Assembly (NCBI GenBank): GCA_033442325.1
Contig: JAWQFM010000021.1
Coordinates: 155,840 to 219,839 of the forward strand
Direction: 5' to 3'
Origin: Salpingoeca rosetta
Taxonomy: Eukaryota > Protista > Choanoflagellata
Length of the DNA stretch: 64,000 nucleotides
Shown: positions 17,781-44,781 of the stretch, piece after piece
Numbering within the stretch: position 1 is the first letter of the stretch
Layout: each line of letters begins with the position of its first letter
Notes under the pieces: model-generated
Seen by the model: only the letters and a program-made list of their open reading frames with translations
Databases searched by the model: none
What the model was told of the DNA's origin: nothing
Translations under genes and position numbers: made by a program

Positions 17781-18041
17781 CACGAAGACATCACACTTAG
17801 CACACTTGTCCTTCCTCAAGTCCTCAAGTGTCGCAGCCTTCAAGCTTTCAGAGCGTTCATCCCTTTCGTGCTTTACTTGTTCCCTTTCCGACCACAGAAG
17901 CAAGCACACGAGCACAACAGCATGACACAAGAACACGTCCCGATTCGTTGTCACTCTTCATCACGAAAGCAAAACCTCCATCCCACGCCCGAGCACCCCG
18001 GTTTCAGTTTCAGTGGATCCTTCTGCTTCACCTTCCTCAAC

Positions 18042-19000
18042 TCACTCACACTCTGCCTTGCCTTTTGCCCAGTGGAGATCGACGCAGATTCCAAAGTGGT
18101 CGCTGACAAGCCCAACGAGCACATCTGGAGACTTGTGCGTGCCGATGAGTCGGAAGTCGCTTGCCGTAAGCCCCTTGACGAAGCAGCGGTCAAACCTGGC
18201 GCGAGGGCGGCCACCCCAGGACGTCGTGTCAACGCGGTCGTTGAGAAGCGTGTCCCACGTGAACCGGTACTGTCGTGGGCTGCCGCTCAGCTCCCACGCG
18301 TCCTGAACAATGCTGCGTGAGCCAGGCAACATCTGCTTGTTGAAGGCGCTGCAGCCGTCGTCCCCTTCCTCGTCGCGCAGATTTGTGTCGCCAGCCAACA
18401 CGCTGTGCTCATGCTGTGACATCTCCACCAGCGATTCTGCAAACTGCTCGCATCGGGCCTCCGAGGCTGTGCCCATGCTCTCAAAGTGGACGTTGCCAAC
18501 CCACACCTTGTTGCCGGTCGCTGTGCAACGCAAGATGCACGTGTTGAGGTCGCGACCCCGCTGGCTACTCTGAAAGGGCATGCGCTCTTGGGCCAGGAGC
18601 TCGAACCGGGACTCCCGCATAAACGTGGCAGTGAAGTGCTCAGGCACGCAGTGCTTGGGCGACAGGGTTGCGAGCGGGGGCGCATCACAGGGCACGAAGC
18701 CAATCTCCTCCATCAGGGTGTGGAGCAACTGCAGGTTCTGCCGTTCAGCCTCTTGGAGCAGCACCACGTCCGCGTCCAGGCCGGAGAGCTCCTCTTGCAT
18801 CTTCGCCAGCCGTCCGGGTAGGAGCTCATCATGCGGTGTGAACCCGTTGATGTTCCATGACACAAGCCGCAGGAAGTCCCGCTGCACGGGCCTTGTTTCT
18901 GTTGCAGGCGAAGGAGAGGGTGGGATGGTCCAGAACAGGCGCGCAGGCTGAGCAAACGCAAAGCGGAGCAACTTCAGCCAGCCGACAGCTGCAGCAGCTG
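18042..19000 (-). CDS. TDP2: TDP2-like EEP phosphodiesterase, paralog 1 (start codon unresolved)
   Basis: Uninterrupted catalytic domain in ORF 18042..19433: SWNING, VVLLQE, GRDL, VHFES, AGDTNLRD, DAWE, FTWDT..N, RFDR, SDHFGI. This is the motif set characteristic of TDP2. Confidence 0.8.
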
Positions 19001-19489
19001 AGCTCGGGTTTCCTGGTCCCTGTGCTTGTGGGCGACGGTCTTTGATGCGGCACGACTTCTGCTGCTGCTGCTGAGCAGGGGCTGCAAAGGACGGCAACAA
19101 AGAAGCGGGTGTGAGGGTGCGCAGGGGCACCAAGCGCTGCACCGCGGCATCTGCGCTAGGCTTCGTGTGAGCTGCACGAGCAAAGGTTTGATCGACACCA
19201 TCATGCGATCGTGATTGGGGACTTGCTTGTGCGTGCGTGCGTGCGTGCGTGTGCGTGCGTGCGTGCGTGTGTGTGTGTGTGTGTCCTTGTGTCTGTCTAG
19301 TTATGCGCTTGGGATATGAGTGACACTGTGATGAGTGAGTGAGAAGCAGTATCTGCTGGTGTGTTGTTGTTGTGAAAATGAGCCATGTCGCTGCTGCTGC
19401 TGGAGTTTGTGCAGTGCATGCCATGATGAACAATCAGCTATACTTCACCTGTGTACCTCGAACAATGCCCAGCTGTTAAGGCGTGTGAG

Positions 19490-19563
<74 letters not shown>

Positions 19564-19725
19564 TGTTCGTTGACTGATCTACTGATGTGATGTGTGTCTT
19601 TTTCCCATTGTTCTGACGTCATCATCGCATTGATGGACCTAAACGCGTTTAGTTTCAAGCAGCAGCAGCCTGCAATGTCAACCTGTAAAAGCAAAAAAAG
19701 CAAGCAAAGCAAACAAGTCGAAGCC

Positions 19726-20830
19726 TTAGGCAGCAAAAACAGCGCCCTCTTGCTCTTCCTCCCCTTGTTCCTCCTCGTCGTTGTCGCTCGGTAGCTGCAA
19801 ATGGGTGCAGATGCCAAAGTGGTCGCTGAAGTGGCCAAAGTGGGTGAGGGCACGCGTGCCGACGAGCTCAAACGACCGTGCTCGCAGGCCCTTGACATAG
19901 CAGCGATCGAAGCGGATGCGCGGGTTGTTGGGAAAGTGGCTCCAGCTCGTGTTCAGTTGCAGATCCCAGGTGAACTCTTGCTCCTTCGGGCTGCCAACCA
20001 TCTCCCACGCATCACCAATGCTGGTGTACGGCGCCGCGCCACGACACTGCTGCAAGACTCGCTGGGCCTCCGCCTCGCGCAGGTTCATGTCGCCTGCGAG
20101 GATACCCAGGTCATGCCGGCTCAGTGCCTGCAGGGACTGCAGAAACTGCAGGCAGCGGCGCCCGGCATACTTCCGGTACGTCTCCAAGTGCACGTTTCCA
20201 AGCCACACTTCTTTGCCCGTACGCTTGCACCGCACCGTGCACGTGTTCAGGTCTCGCGCCTTGCGGCTATTGGTGAACGGCGCTCGCTTGTGCGCCACGA
20301 GCTGAAGTCGCTTCTTGCGGACAAATGTCAGCGTGAAGTGGGGCGGAACTGAAGGCGCGATGCTGTCCCCGCTGTAGACAAGCGGCACGCCTCCGCACCG
20401 GCTGAAGCCGGCATCCTGCATCACCTTCACAAGGTCGGCAAGCTGGCGCTCCACCACCTCCTGCAGCATCACCACGTCAGAGCGCAGCGTCGTCACCTGG
20501 CCCTGCAAGGTGTCGTAGTCCTTTGGCAGCCGTTGGCGAGACTTGGACGGGGCGTTGATGTTCCAAGACAACACGCGCAGCTCATGGTCTTGGTGGTCCG
20601 GGTGTCTCTGATTGGTTGCTGAAAGATGCGGCCTTTCTGTCTGTGGCCCGTTGTTTGCGAATTGCTCTAATTGCTTGTTCCCTGCTTGCCCAGGGCTGCT
20701 GCGGTTGGTGCTTGGGGGCGCAGTCGTCACCACACCACGGCGGCTGTACTGCACAATGCATCCAAACGTCGAGCCAACGGCGGGGCGCGTCAACGTCAAG
20801 GTATACATGTACATCGGGGCAACAAATAGT
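19726..20830 (-). CDS. TDP2: TDP2-like EEP phosphodiesterase, paralog 2 (start codon unresolved)
   Basis: ORF 19726..21219: SWNINA, VVMLQE, ARDL, VHLET, AGDMNLRE, DAWE, FTWD..LN, RFDR, SDHFGI, acidic tail. Colinear with paralog 1. Confidence 0.8.
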
Positions 20831-21634
20831 GTTCCGAAAGGAAGGTGGTGGATCGTGGCGCCACAGTTGTCAGTTGCTGTGAGAGCACGGAGCAGAGATT
20901 GTGTTCTGGAATGGTATGGACTGGGATCGGTGTGCTGGCATGCTTTGAGTAGTGTCGACAATGGGCAGGTTGTTGCTGGCTCTCTCGGGTGCTGCGTGTC
21001 GACACAATCATAGTTGTACTGATTGAGACCTTGATTACGCTGCATGTGAGCAGGTGGCGTGTAGCAGCATGTACAGGTGACGCGCAGCCCTCGTCCCGGC
21101 GCGTGCACAAGCACTGCATCGAATCTAGGAATCAAACCTTCAAACATTCCATAGTCCACGTCATACCACACAGAAGCAGATCGATGCGATTGAGTGTTTG
21201 TTCCCTCAACGGCTCGCACAGAACAAAGGAAACAAGCTCGGTGTTAATGTAACATCAACCAGCATACGACCACGTGGCCACATCCCGTCAATTCACAGTC
21301 GTGCAAAAAAAGGAGAAGAAGGGGAGCAGGTACCACGCAAGCATCGCGGAGATCATGCAAGGCGCATGGCGTGGCCAAAGGGGATCCAGATTCAAGTGAT
21401 ATGACAGTGCCCACTTGTTCACTTCTTTGCATACTGTCGCAAACAGATTGCACGGTCGATTCCAGCAAACGCGCGCGCGCACACACACACACACACTGTT
21501 GTGAGAAGCGTCATGTCGTGTCTTTATTCTCCCTTTCCCATGGGCAAGCAAGGCAAGGCAAGGTGATGGTGCAAGCAGTCCCAGTGTAACAAGTTTGCAA
21601 ATAACAGGGAGAAACGAAGAAGCTAGCTGGCTAG

Positions 21635-25147
<3,513 letters not shown>

Positions 25148-25207
25148 TGTTTTCGCTGCGTGTGTTTGTGTGTGTGTTTTTGTATGTTCGTGTACGTTCG
25201 TGCAGGT

Positions 25208-25278
<71 letters not shown>

Positions 25279-25500
25279 CGTACGTGTATGTGTTCGTGTG
25301 TTCGTGTGTTGATTGTTGTTGAAGTAAGGAAACAATGCTGACTGGCTGGCTGCAGTGGTGTGGTGTTGATGCTGTCTGTGGTCGTGGTGGCAGTGATGAC
25401 AAGCGTCTTCTGCTGGTGGGTGATTTGTGAATATTTTCATGTAAATTTCTACAATCATCAGCATCAGCGTCACAGTGCAGCTCCACCCACTTCTCAAACA

Positions 25501-25627
<127 letters not shown>

Positions 25628-25805
25628 GACACCCCACCAGCCAGCTTCACCTCCGCACGGCACACACCACCATCACGTCGTGCAGACTGTTCTCTCCTTC
25701 CACCACACTGTTTGTTCATTTATTTCACAAGAAGCAAGCGCACGCGAAACCAAGGAACGCAGCCAACACAAGCAAGGCGAGCAGATAACAACGACGACCA
25801 CAACG

Positions 25806-27565
25806 ATGACAGCGCTGCTGCACCGGCTGCTGGTGGCGGCCGTCGTGGTGGCGGCGGCGTGCTGCGTCCATGTCAGCCATGCCCAAGAAGACCCAGAGTA
25901 CCAGATCGTGTGCGTGGCTGACCCAAACAGCGGCTGCGCAAACTTGCAGTGCTACTCCATTCCAGTCGACGTGTGCGAGCGCTTGCCAGATGAACTGGCA
26001 ACATCCGGTGGCCTGCCTCCGCCCCTGTACGCCAAGGTGTCTGCCTTGCCCAACACAAGCCCGCAGACATTTCGTTTCAGCCTCCACTCGAACGTCGACT
26101 GTACCCGCGGGATCCTCTTCGGCATCCCCGTGAACGTGGACGCACAGCTCAACGAGTGCACCACGGCCGTCATCCTGAGCAGGGACGCCTTTGATTTGCT
26201 GGTGGTTGATACGTGCCCCGTGGATACGTGCCCAGCTCTCGACGCCACCACCACGACAACAACCACCACCACCACGACAACAACAACTACAACTACAACT
26301 ACAACGACCACCACCACGACTACTACGACCGCCACCACGACCACAACCACCACCACCACCGGCGTCGTGCGCACCACGTCCTCCACCTCCAGTCTGCCCC
26401 GGCCGTCATCAACATCGGTAACGACCACAAGCGAAGGCAGCGCTTTCACAACTGCCACAGCCATCGCAGGCAGTACAACGGCAGTGAGTGACGGCAATAG
26501 CGACAACAACGACAGCGGTGATTCCGAGCGGGTGGTGGTGTGTGTGTTTGATCCCAGCGTGGACGACTGCTCTGTGGATGACACCACCCAGTGCTGGACG
26601 TCAGACCTGAGTACGTGCCGAGAGCTGACAAGCCTGTTGCTGACCGCCTTTGGCATCGACACGGCCTACTCCCGACTCACCTTCTCCGCCCTCGCCCGCG
26701 AGTACAACATCGAACTGTACAGCGACGGCGAGTGCACAACACCGCTGTCACCGTCCGTGTCGTCGTTTGCGGTCCGTTTTGAGGCGTGCACGCCCGCAGA
26801 GCTCCCGTTTATTGGCCGCATTGCCGATGTGCGCATCACCGCATCCTGCCCACAAGCACCGCCAGCGGTTGTTGACGGTGGCGATGGTGGTGACGGTGAT
26901 GGTGGTGGTGGTGGCGAGGCGGAGGACCCGTGTCCGCTGCTACCGCTGTCGCCCTTTGTGACCACGACGACTGCCCCAACATCCGCACCCCCGCCAGCCC
27001 GTACTGTCGTGCTTGAGTTTGATCTGCCGGGCACGCTGCTGGACATCGGCCTGGCGGAGGGCAGCGACGTCGGTAATGGGGCGCCTGCCCTCCTCGACAC
27101 TGTCAGGACTGCCGTCGAGGGCGAGTTGGAGCGCCGTGGCCTGAGCGCTGGCGTGGAACGCGTGCTCGTTTACCTCACTGGTGGCGATGGTGATGGTGGC
27201 GCAAGGAGGCGCCGGGAGGAAGGGGACGTTGCTGTGCGGGTTGATGTGGTGTACAGCGATGGCGATACAGCGAGGCAGGTAGCGAACAAGCTTGACAAGC
27301 GGCCGCTAGTGATTGCGGCTGGCAGCGCGACGAACCTGCAGTCGCGTGTGGTCGCGCATCCAGCAGACACCACATCACCTGCCTCCTCCTCGTCGTCGTC
27401 GTCATCATCAGCGGGTGCCATTGCTGGTGGGATCATCGGCGCAATTGTTATCGTCGGCGCCATCGTCGCCACCGTTGTCTTTTGGCGGTCAGTCGACAGC
27501 TTGCGTTGCGTCGGTGTGCAGGAGGCAATTTGGCGTCTGTGTGCTTGAGCGTGTGTGTGTGCTTG

Positions 27566-27647
<82 letters not shown>

Positions 27648-27894
27648 CGCGCGTGTGTGTGTGCCATGCTTGTGAACGCGATGATTGTCATGAATGTTCC
27701 TTCCTTTCGATTCATTCCATCATCATAATCGTGCCTCACCTTGAACCCCCAACACAAATGCACACACACACACACACACACCTTGCCCACTCGTCAGCCG
27801 GCGCTCCACTGCCCCGCGTGTGACTACGGATCTGTTTGGGCCTACGGGCACAACAGCAACAGGGTACACCCCGACTTACACCAGCTACGCGTGA
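25806..27894 (+). CDS. Type I single-pass membrane glycoprotein: signal peptide, two Cys-rich repeats, Thr-rich mucin tract, TM helix, short Tyr-containing tail
   Basis: Exons 25806-27487 and 27798-27894. Signal MTALLHRLLVAAVVVAAACCVHVSHA; poly-Thr at about 26246-26360; TM AIAGGIIGAIVIVGAIVATVVFW; tail RRRSTAPRVTTDLFGPTGTTATGYTPTYTSYA*. Confidence 0.82.
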
Positions 27895-28668
27895 GGGTGT
27901 GGGGGGTGGGGGCGTTTCATCGTCGGCATGTTGCGGCTGTGCGTAAATGCGTTTCATATGTGTTGGTTGGTGTTTGCGTTTGCATAATTGATTCCTTTGG
28001 CGCGCGTGTTTCAAACGCGCCCCGCTGGTGTAACATAAGCGGATTGTTCTGCTGGGATTGCGTGGTGTTGCTCTGCGCGTGTGCGTGCGTGTGCGTGTGC
28101 GTGTGCACTTCGTGTGCGCGTGTGCAACGACTGGGAAGCTGCTCGCAAAAGTTGCTCGAAGCCGCCGGCCACCAGTGACGTGTGTCTGTTATTAAACGAC
28201 CCTTCCTCTGCTCGTTTTGTTTAATCGCTCGGAGCGGGTGTGATGAAGAACTGAGAGGAGGAGGAGGAGAAGGCCAACAGTTGCTCGAAAATGCACCTCA
28301 TCATTTCACAGACACAGAAACCAAGCCCACTCTCCATGGCATAAACACAATAGCAGCACGCATTAACAGCACTTCCGCACACACACACGCACAACCCCAC
28401 TGCACACAGCCGATTACCAGCTATGACTATCAACCATAGGCATAAAAACGGCAAAGGGGCAACAAGGTGAGGCGGTAACACGAGAGAGGGAAACTCGCAC
28501 ACTCCAACCACCCACAACTAAAAGAGAGTAAGAAAGCAAAGGACAGCAAAGGAATGAAAGACAAAAGACAACCACGAAAAAACCAAGCAAACCTCACACA
28601 AACGCATTATCATCATCATCATCATCATTGTCATCGTCAACACATCATCACAACCAGTGCACAAGAGT

Positions 28669-38093
<9,425 letters not shown>

Positions 38094-39124
38094 GGTGCTT
38101 GGTCGAAAGACAACAGCAGCACTTCCCGTTCTCCGCGTTTCAGTTCCCGCCCACACAAGCACTACACTCTGCAAATTGAACACAGTGATGAAGACGTGAC
38201 GTGAGACTCTCTCTCTCTCTCTCTCTCTCGCACCGCTTACTCAGCACCAGGGGAACAAGGCAGCCCCCCCCCCCACAAAGCAGAACATTGGAGAGAGCAG
38301 AGCAGACCACAACAAGGCACGCACGTCAGCAGCCAGCACTGGCCACCACCAGGGAACCGCACACTCCTCCACACACACCTCCTGTTTTGCCTCGCTGTCT
38401 TTCCCACCGCTGCCAAGCTGAGCTGTGGTGCTACGCTTTATGATGTCTTCTGATTTGTTGACTGATGGCTGCAGGCGATTATCGGAAGATTTCAAACAAT
38501 CGTCGCTGACGGGCAGTTGTGGCGGGAACAAGCACGTCCCAGCAGCAGAAAACAAACAACACAAACACTGCACTGCTTGCACTGCACTGCACTGCTGACG
38601 GTCCATCATCCTTCCGCGACTTTGCTGTTTTGCATCGGGTGTTGCGAACAAAAGTGCCACCACCAAGGAGCCCGCGTCGGACCTGACAAGGTGTGTTGTG
38701 TTGGCAAGCGCGTGGAGGGATGTGACATGGAGTGATGTGTGATGACATGGTGCTGGAGAGGGATTGTGTGAGGGGGGAGATGACAAATGGGTTTGGCGGT
38801 TATGGCGCGGTTCTGATTTGTGTGCATGTGTTTGCGTGTGTGTGTGTGCGTGTGTGCGTGTGTGCGTGTGTGTGTGCGTGTGTGTGTAAACTTATGGGTG
38901 GATGTGGCGCCAAGGTGCCTTTTGCAAGCACGCATGCATGACTTGGAGCTACCGTGGTGATCAACAAGCTCGCGCACACGTGATCGTGTGGCTGTTGTTT
39001 GTGCCGTGAAAGCGCGAGCATTCACCTCGTGCACGCAAACCAGGTCTTTGTGTTTTGGCGCGCTTTTGCCCGAAGTGCTTCATATCTCGCCGGTGTCTCC
39101 TCTTCCTCGTCTTGTGTCGTCGCC

Positions 39125-40856
39125 ATGGCGGATGAACAAGAGCACCAAGCAAAGCGCCCACGCCTGGAACAGGAAGATGAGCCTGGTGAGGCACAAAGCG
39201 CTTGCATTGGTGTGCCGCATGTGGTGACTTCCTGTGTGATTTGCGTGGTTGTGTGCGTGTGCGTGTGCGGTGCGTGACATTGTTGCTGCGTACACTGTGC
39301 ACTCGCTCACCTGCAACACCCCTGCTACTGCACAGGCGCTGTAGATGTGGCTGCTTCAGCAACAGCCACCACCGCCACCACCACCGCCACGACGGAAACG
39401 GTGGTGAGCCAGGAAGCAGCCACTGCGGCCACCACAGTTGCGGAGACGACAACAGCGCAAGTTTCCACAACCACCACCACCACCACCACAGAAGTCGCTG
39501 CAACAGCCCCTGCCGAGCCTGCCACAACAGCAACAACGACGACGACGGTGGCGGGTGCACCAGCAACGCAGGCCCCGCCAGTGCAGGAGCAGCCAACTGC
39601 TTCCACGGCCGCTGCACCGGAAGCGATGGCCAGCAGGGATGCAGCCCCGGCAAACAAGCCGCCCACAACTGAGGCAGCGCCTGGCTCCACAAACGGCAAT
39701 GGAGCTGCCCCTGTCGTTGCGCAGGTACCAGCGGCAACGCAGAATCAAGAACCTTCACCGCCACTGCCACCACCGGCGCAAGCAGAGCAAGCCAAGGTGC
39801 CCGACGCTGCATCCACAACCAGGGCTGCTCCTGCTGGCCAAGAAGCGCCTGTTGACGCGAATGTAACGGCACCAACGAATGTTACGGCACCAACGAATGT
39901 TACGGCACCAGCGCCCACAAAGCAGCAGCAGCAGCAGCAGCAGCCACAGGAACAGCCACTGGCTCATGCAGCCCCACCAGCTCCTCCCACCACAGCGAGC
40001 GGCGCTGAGAGTGCAGCAGCAGCACCACCACCACCACCACTGCCATCATCGTCAGCACCACCAGCACCAACATCAGCACCGACAGAGACAGCGGCGGACG
40101 TGAAGAAGGAGGAAGTGGAGGATGTCAGTGCGCAGCTGGAGGGCATCCATCCCGACCGCCTCAAGGCCATCCTGGGCCAAGAAGGCGGCAGTGGCGGCAG
40201 CGCCGCCCGTGGTCGCGGTCGTGGTCGCGGTCGTGGTGGTGCAATGGGCGCACGTGAGTGGCGCAGGCCGTTTTGTCTGCTGTTATGATTACAAGTTGGT
40301 GTGCAGTGTATTGTGCCGATGGGTGACCCAGCTCTTGCGTGCGCTTGCCGAGCACGATGTGATGTCACTGCTTGCGTACACGCGCTGGTTGTTGTAGGTG
40401 CTGCTGTAATGCGTGGATTTCCATGCTGCTTGTGCCGTTTCGGCATGCGTGTACTTCTGCCACGGCTACAGCCATACTCACGCAAGCACACACACACACA
40501 CACTCACACACTCACTCACTCACTCACTCACTCACACACACACACACTCACACACACACACACGCGCACGCACCCTCTTTCTGACCTTCTGTCCAGCCGC
40601 CTCTGCGCCCCGCGGAGGCGATGACCACAAGAGCGACCAGATTCCACAGCGGAAAGGGAAGCCCATGCGCGATCCAGAGCCGATCAACTTGCCAGACACG
40701 TGGGCCAAGTTCAGCCCAACACACAAGCACCTTCATGCTTTCATCGGCAACCACGAATCTTCTAAAGGTGCGAAGCGCGCAAGAGAAGTGTATGTGATGA
40801 TGGTGATGGTGTTGTTTAAGTTGTTGTTGTTTAAGTTGTTGTTGTTGTTGTTTAAG

Positions 40857-40896
<40 letters not shown>

Positions 40897-40981
40897 AGTT
40901 GTTGTTGTTTAAGTTGTTGTTGTTGTTTAAGTTGTTGTTGTTTAAGTTGTTGTTGTTGTTGTTTAAGTTGTTGTTGTTTAA

Positions 40982-41013
<32 letters not shown>

Positions 41014-41033
41014 AGTTGTTGTTGTTGTTTAAG

Positions 41034-41089
<56 letters not shown>

Positions 41090-41093
41090 GAAG

Positions 41094-41181
<88 letters not shown>

Positions 41182-43168
41182 AGTTGTTGTTGTTCCCCTT
41201 CTCCTCCTTTGTCTGCAATCCTCGTTCTTCTTCAACGACAAGCATTTCCCAGAGTCTTTCCCTCCCTTTCCTTTCCCATTCCTGCGTTGCTTCGTGGCGC
41301 ACCTCTCATCTGCCACACTGCTCCCTGCCCTGCCTTTGCATCCCTGTCGCTTTTGTTGTGTGTTTTTGTTTGATGTTGCTCCTTGCGTTTGCAGGCAAGT
41401 TTGTGGAGCCCATCCCTGGCCGCGGATTCCGCTGGCTGTGGACCGGGGCCCGCCTCTCCCTGGGCATCTTTGGTGGCGGTACGCGTTACCACTACAAGAC
41501 GCTTGTCAAAGACCTGCCTGCAAACTCCGTCAAGGCTGGCCCTGTGGACGTGCGCGTGGGCCTCAGCTTCGAGCGCGCAAACCTCCTTGTTGGTATGTCG
41601 TTTACAACCGGACAGGGGGGGGGGGTGTCTTTGTGCTTGGTGTGCTGCTGCTACCGCGCTCTTTACAGGCTCGTGCAGACGTCGTGTATTGTGCATTCTC
41701 AAATCGTGTACAGCACAACCATGTGCACGTGTTGCAACAACCGCAAGGGTTTGCTGAGCTGCTCCACACTCGCTTGCTCGTCGTCCACTCACCACCTATC
41801 ATTTGTTCAGGCGACGACACCTTTGGCTGGGCATACTGCAGCAGCGGCTCGAAGGTGACGTCCACGACCACTGCAATCATCAGCATTGCACTCCACACAC
41901 TCTGCGTCACCTGCCTGCGTTTTCTGCCCTGCCCACATATTTCGCGTGGCCTGCTTGCACGCATTTTTGTACGTGTATTTGTGATGGCTCCTCTTCCCTG
42001 TGTCCGCATCCCTTCCTTCCCTCCTGCATCCATTAATCCATCCATCCATCCATCCATCCATTGCTCTCATTCGCGTGCTGCTCATCCTGCCCACCTCGCT
42101 CGTGTATTGTTTTTCAAAACACAAACGCATTGTTTTGGTTCGTGTGCTGTGGCCGCTGACTTGTAGATTCACAATGGAGAGCGAGTCAAGTACGGGACGC
42201 CGTACCATACCAACGACGAGATTGAGTGTCGCCTGGATGTGGTGACGACCACGTGCCCGCTCGTGCCCAGCGTCAACCGCGAGGGCCAGCCGCCACTCCT
42301 CGTCATCTCCTTTTACAAGAACGGCGACTTTCAAGGGGTGGCGTACCAGCTTGACGCCAGCACCGTGCCCGCAGCCGTCTTTGGGCACGTTGCCCTGCGC
42401 AACTGTCGCGTGCTCGTACAGGGCCATCCCGAACGGTCGATGCGCACACCCGCGCCCTCACGTTCCAATCCCAGGCCATCAACGAAGTCAACCACCCAGA
42501 CCCGTCTGTCGGCTTCCTCGTTGGCCTGCCCGGCTCAGGCAAGACGGAGTGGCTGAGCAGCTTTCTCCAGGCACAGCAGAGCACCGGCACAGACAACGTA
42601 CGGGCGCTGTGTGCTGTTGTTTAAGTTGTTGTTGTTGTTTAATTTGTTGTTTAAGTTGTTGTTTAAGTTGTTGTTTAAGTTGTTGTTTAAGTTGTTGTTG
42701 TTATTGTTTAAGTTGTTGTTGTTGAAGTTGTTTAAGTTGCGCTTGCATCGCTCACGTCGCACCTCTTGCCTCAATCTGTACGCCCGTGCCTTTGCTTGCT
42801 TGATAGTTTTACGTGTTGAGCACAGAGGCCATCATCCAAGAGCTTGCCCACAATGACCCAGACTTGCCCGAGTACAACTACCGCGAGTCCTGGCTTCGCT
42901 ACTGCCGCACCTCCAGCGCCATGTTCAGGTCGGTCTTGCCAACAATGTCAGACTGGCCAATGCGCTGGTGCAATCACTTTTCAATCCTGTGCTAAATGGC
43001 ACCCACGCGTGATTGAAACAAACCCTCCTCTGTTCCCACCGCAGCGATGAATGCGCTTTTGTGTTTTGTTTTTGTTTTGTTCTTCGGGCAACCAACCTAC
43101 CCAGACTGCAGCTTGGACACGCCATTGTTCTCCTTTCATTGGTTCAGCAACTCACTCGCTCCCTTCAT

Positions 43169-43209
<41 letters not shown>

Positions 43210-44556
43210 CGCACACACGCACACATACACGCACATATGCATGTATGGGACTACTTGGATTCTTCGGACTTGAACAAACGCCCATCTTCACGACTGTGAA
43301 CGTGCACCCTGTTGTGTTTTGATGACGTCGTCATTGGCACCCTTTTGTTCCCTTCATTGTGCATGTTGCTCACGGCTTTCCTTCCGCCCCAACACGATGC
43401 GCTTGTGCTGCTTACACGCTGCCGTGCTCGCAATGTGCCTGCTTCTTGCATCCCCTCTTTGTTACTGTGCTGCTGCTCACCCACCAACCGACTCACACCC
43501 TGCTGCCCTCACGCTTAACTGATGCTCGCACGCCACACAACAACCTGCGATGCTCCTGCGATGCTCCTTTTCTGGACTTGCCTTGTGCATGCGCACCACC
43601 AGGCACCTGATTCCGCTTGCCGCGCAGGAGCGGCGGTTCTTCATTGTGGACCAGACCAACACCTCCCGCTTTGCCCGGCAGCGCAAGATGCAGCCCTTCA
43701 AGGACTCGGAGATTCCCTTCAAGATCCGCGCCATGCTGTTTCTGCGCACCGCCGAGGACATTGCAGGCACGCTGCAGGCCAAGGAAAACGCAGGCAAGCT
43801 CATTCCAAAGGCGGCCGTGCTGCACATGATGAAGAACTTCATCCCGCCAGACGCCTCCGAGGGCTTCCTGGAGGTGACGTGCCTCCCCAACGAGGACATC
43901 AAGCCCGCCGTTGGCCAGAGCTACCAGCACTTTACCGAGCAGCACAAGGAGCTCATTGAGCAGTACGAGAAGGAGCAGGAGGAGATGCGCGCCATGCGCA
44001 GGGCCCGCAGGGAGAAGATACTCCTTGGCCGCACCCGAGGCGGCGGCGGTCGCGGCGGTCGCGGCCGGGGAAGAGGCCGTGGTCGCGGCCGTGGGTTTGG
44101 TGGCGACCGTGATCGTGATCGTGGCCGTGGGCGCGGGCGCGGGCGTGGGCGTGGCCGTGGCGGTCCCATGAGCCGGGGCCGAGGCGGTGACTTTTGGCGG
44201 TCGTGGTCGCGGCCGTGTCGCAGTGGCGGCAGGGGCGGCAGAGGCGGCGATCGGGGTGGTGGTGGTCGGGGTGGCCGTGGTGGTGGACGCGGTGGGGGCC
44301 GTGGACGCCGCCCGCCAGAGCCCGAGCGGTTTGCCACGCCACAGGAACGCGATGCGGCCATTGTGAAGCAGGTTGAGTTCTACTTTGGCGACGAGAACCT
44401 GCCTCAGGACAAGTTCCTGCAGGACAAGCTGCGGCTCGGCAATGACTGGCTCGATGTCGGCGTCATCTTCGACTTTCCAAAAGTGCAGGCAAAGACCACC
44501 AGCATGGACACCTTTTTGGCTGCCCTGCGCACCTCCCGTCTCATCCGCCTCAGGTG

Positions 44557-44592
<36 letters not shown>

Positions 44593-44594
44593 AG

Positions 44595-44649
<55 letters not shown>

Positions 44650-44735
44650 AGTTGTTGTTGTTTAAGTTGTTGTTGTTTAAGTTGTTGTTGAAGTTGTTGT
44701 TTAAGTTGTTGTTGTTTAAGTTGTTGTTGTTTAAG

Positions 44736-44781
<46 letters not shown>

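Noticed and set aside
42416-42474. Apparent frameshift between SPRY and Walker A in the hnRNP U-like gene
   Set aside because: A 59-nt GT-AG phase-0 intron restores the frame.
44188-44225. FWRSWSRPCR inside the RGG tract, which looks like a compensated +1/-1 shift of GGRGRGR
   Set aside because: The frame is preserved; it is probably a sequencing error or neutral slippage in a GC-rich repeat.
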